Shown: one piece after another, positions 63,429 to 64,000 of the stretch
Position numbering within the stretch: the stretch's first letter is position 1
Layout of the letters: each line of letters begins with the position of its first letter
From: Antedon mediterranea
Lineage: Eukaryota > Animalia > Echinodermata
NCBI RefSeq assembly: GCF_964355755.1
Contig: NC_092679.1
Span: 2,014,201-2,078,200 of the forward strand
Length of the DNA stretch: 64,000 bases
Direction of reading: 5' to 3'
Translations under genes and position numbers: made by a program
The notes under the pieces: model-generated
The model's database searches: none
Told to the model about the DNA's origin: nothing
The model's input: the letters and a program-made list of their open reading frames with translations, nothing else

Positions 63429-64000
63429 GATATACATTAAAGGTCACAGTTCATGTGTATCGTACGCATGAGTGATTACAACGACATTTCCAATGAAATT
63501 TAATATACGATGATAATTGATATAATATAATATTTAAGTTTAATAATTAATATTATTAAGTATTACCGTGGTGGCTAAAGGCATAGCTTACTGGTACAAT
63601 TAATACTAGCATAATTAAACAAAGTTTAAAAATAAATATTATCAAGAACTTTCTAATTTAATTATAATAGGCGACAATATTATGCATTTTCATTTCGCTT
63701 AAATTGCTGTCAAAAATCTTACAATAAACAAATAAAAGTCAAAACAACACTAAGTTCACTATGCACTGTTTATTCAGGTCCTATGATGCAAGAATGCAGA
63801 AAGCAAAAATGTATAACGATTTATAAAATCAGTGTATATTATTATTAGTATTACTAGTACAAATTCAAATATATTTACAACTTTATTGCTAGGCAGATAA
63901 CGTTCAAATTCAAGTATTTAATTTAACATTTAGCAACGAAGGCAATAATTCCACAAAGCAGGACTACCGATAGGGCCTATCTGTTTAATTGAATGTGAAC

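Overview
AT-rich animal genomic DNA with GT-AG spliceosomal introns, probably from a marine invertebrate (a deuterostome such as an echinoderm is my inference, not proven). It holds two convergent multi-exon genes that I spliced by hand with consistent intron phases. On the + strand is a kinesin-11 family gene (KIF26A/B-like; exons 8104-32522 plus a candidate first exon at 4278). On the - strand is a complete CFAP61 (23 coding exons, 62981-50226, 1341 aa) with an RFX X-box-like promoter motif. Between their 3' ends lies a ~15-kb composite satellite (~34750-49620) made of three hairpin-forming repeat modules. Two unrelated modules are fused tip-to-tip at their palindrome centres, then amplified as a ~860-bp higher-order unit with a later 2776-bp block duplication. 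The introns carry ten copies of a ~140-bp MITE family (one expanded internally into a 41x21-bp minisatellite), two other TIR elements, a tRNA-Asp-derived SINE and several tandem repeats. I found no new protein-coding system, CRISPR array or prokaryotic DNA. The most unusual biology is the repeat architecture and a 13-aa RPGSG-repeat cassette exon in CFAP61.
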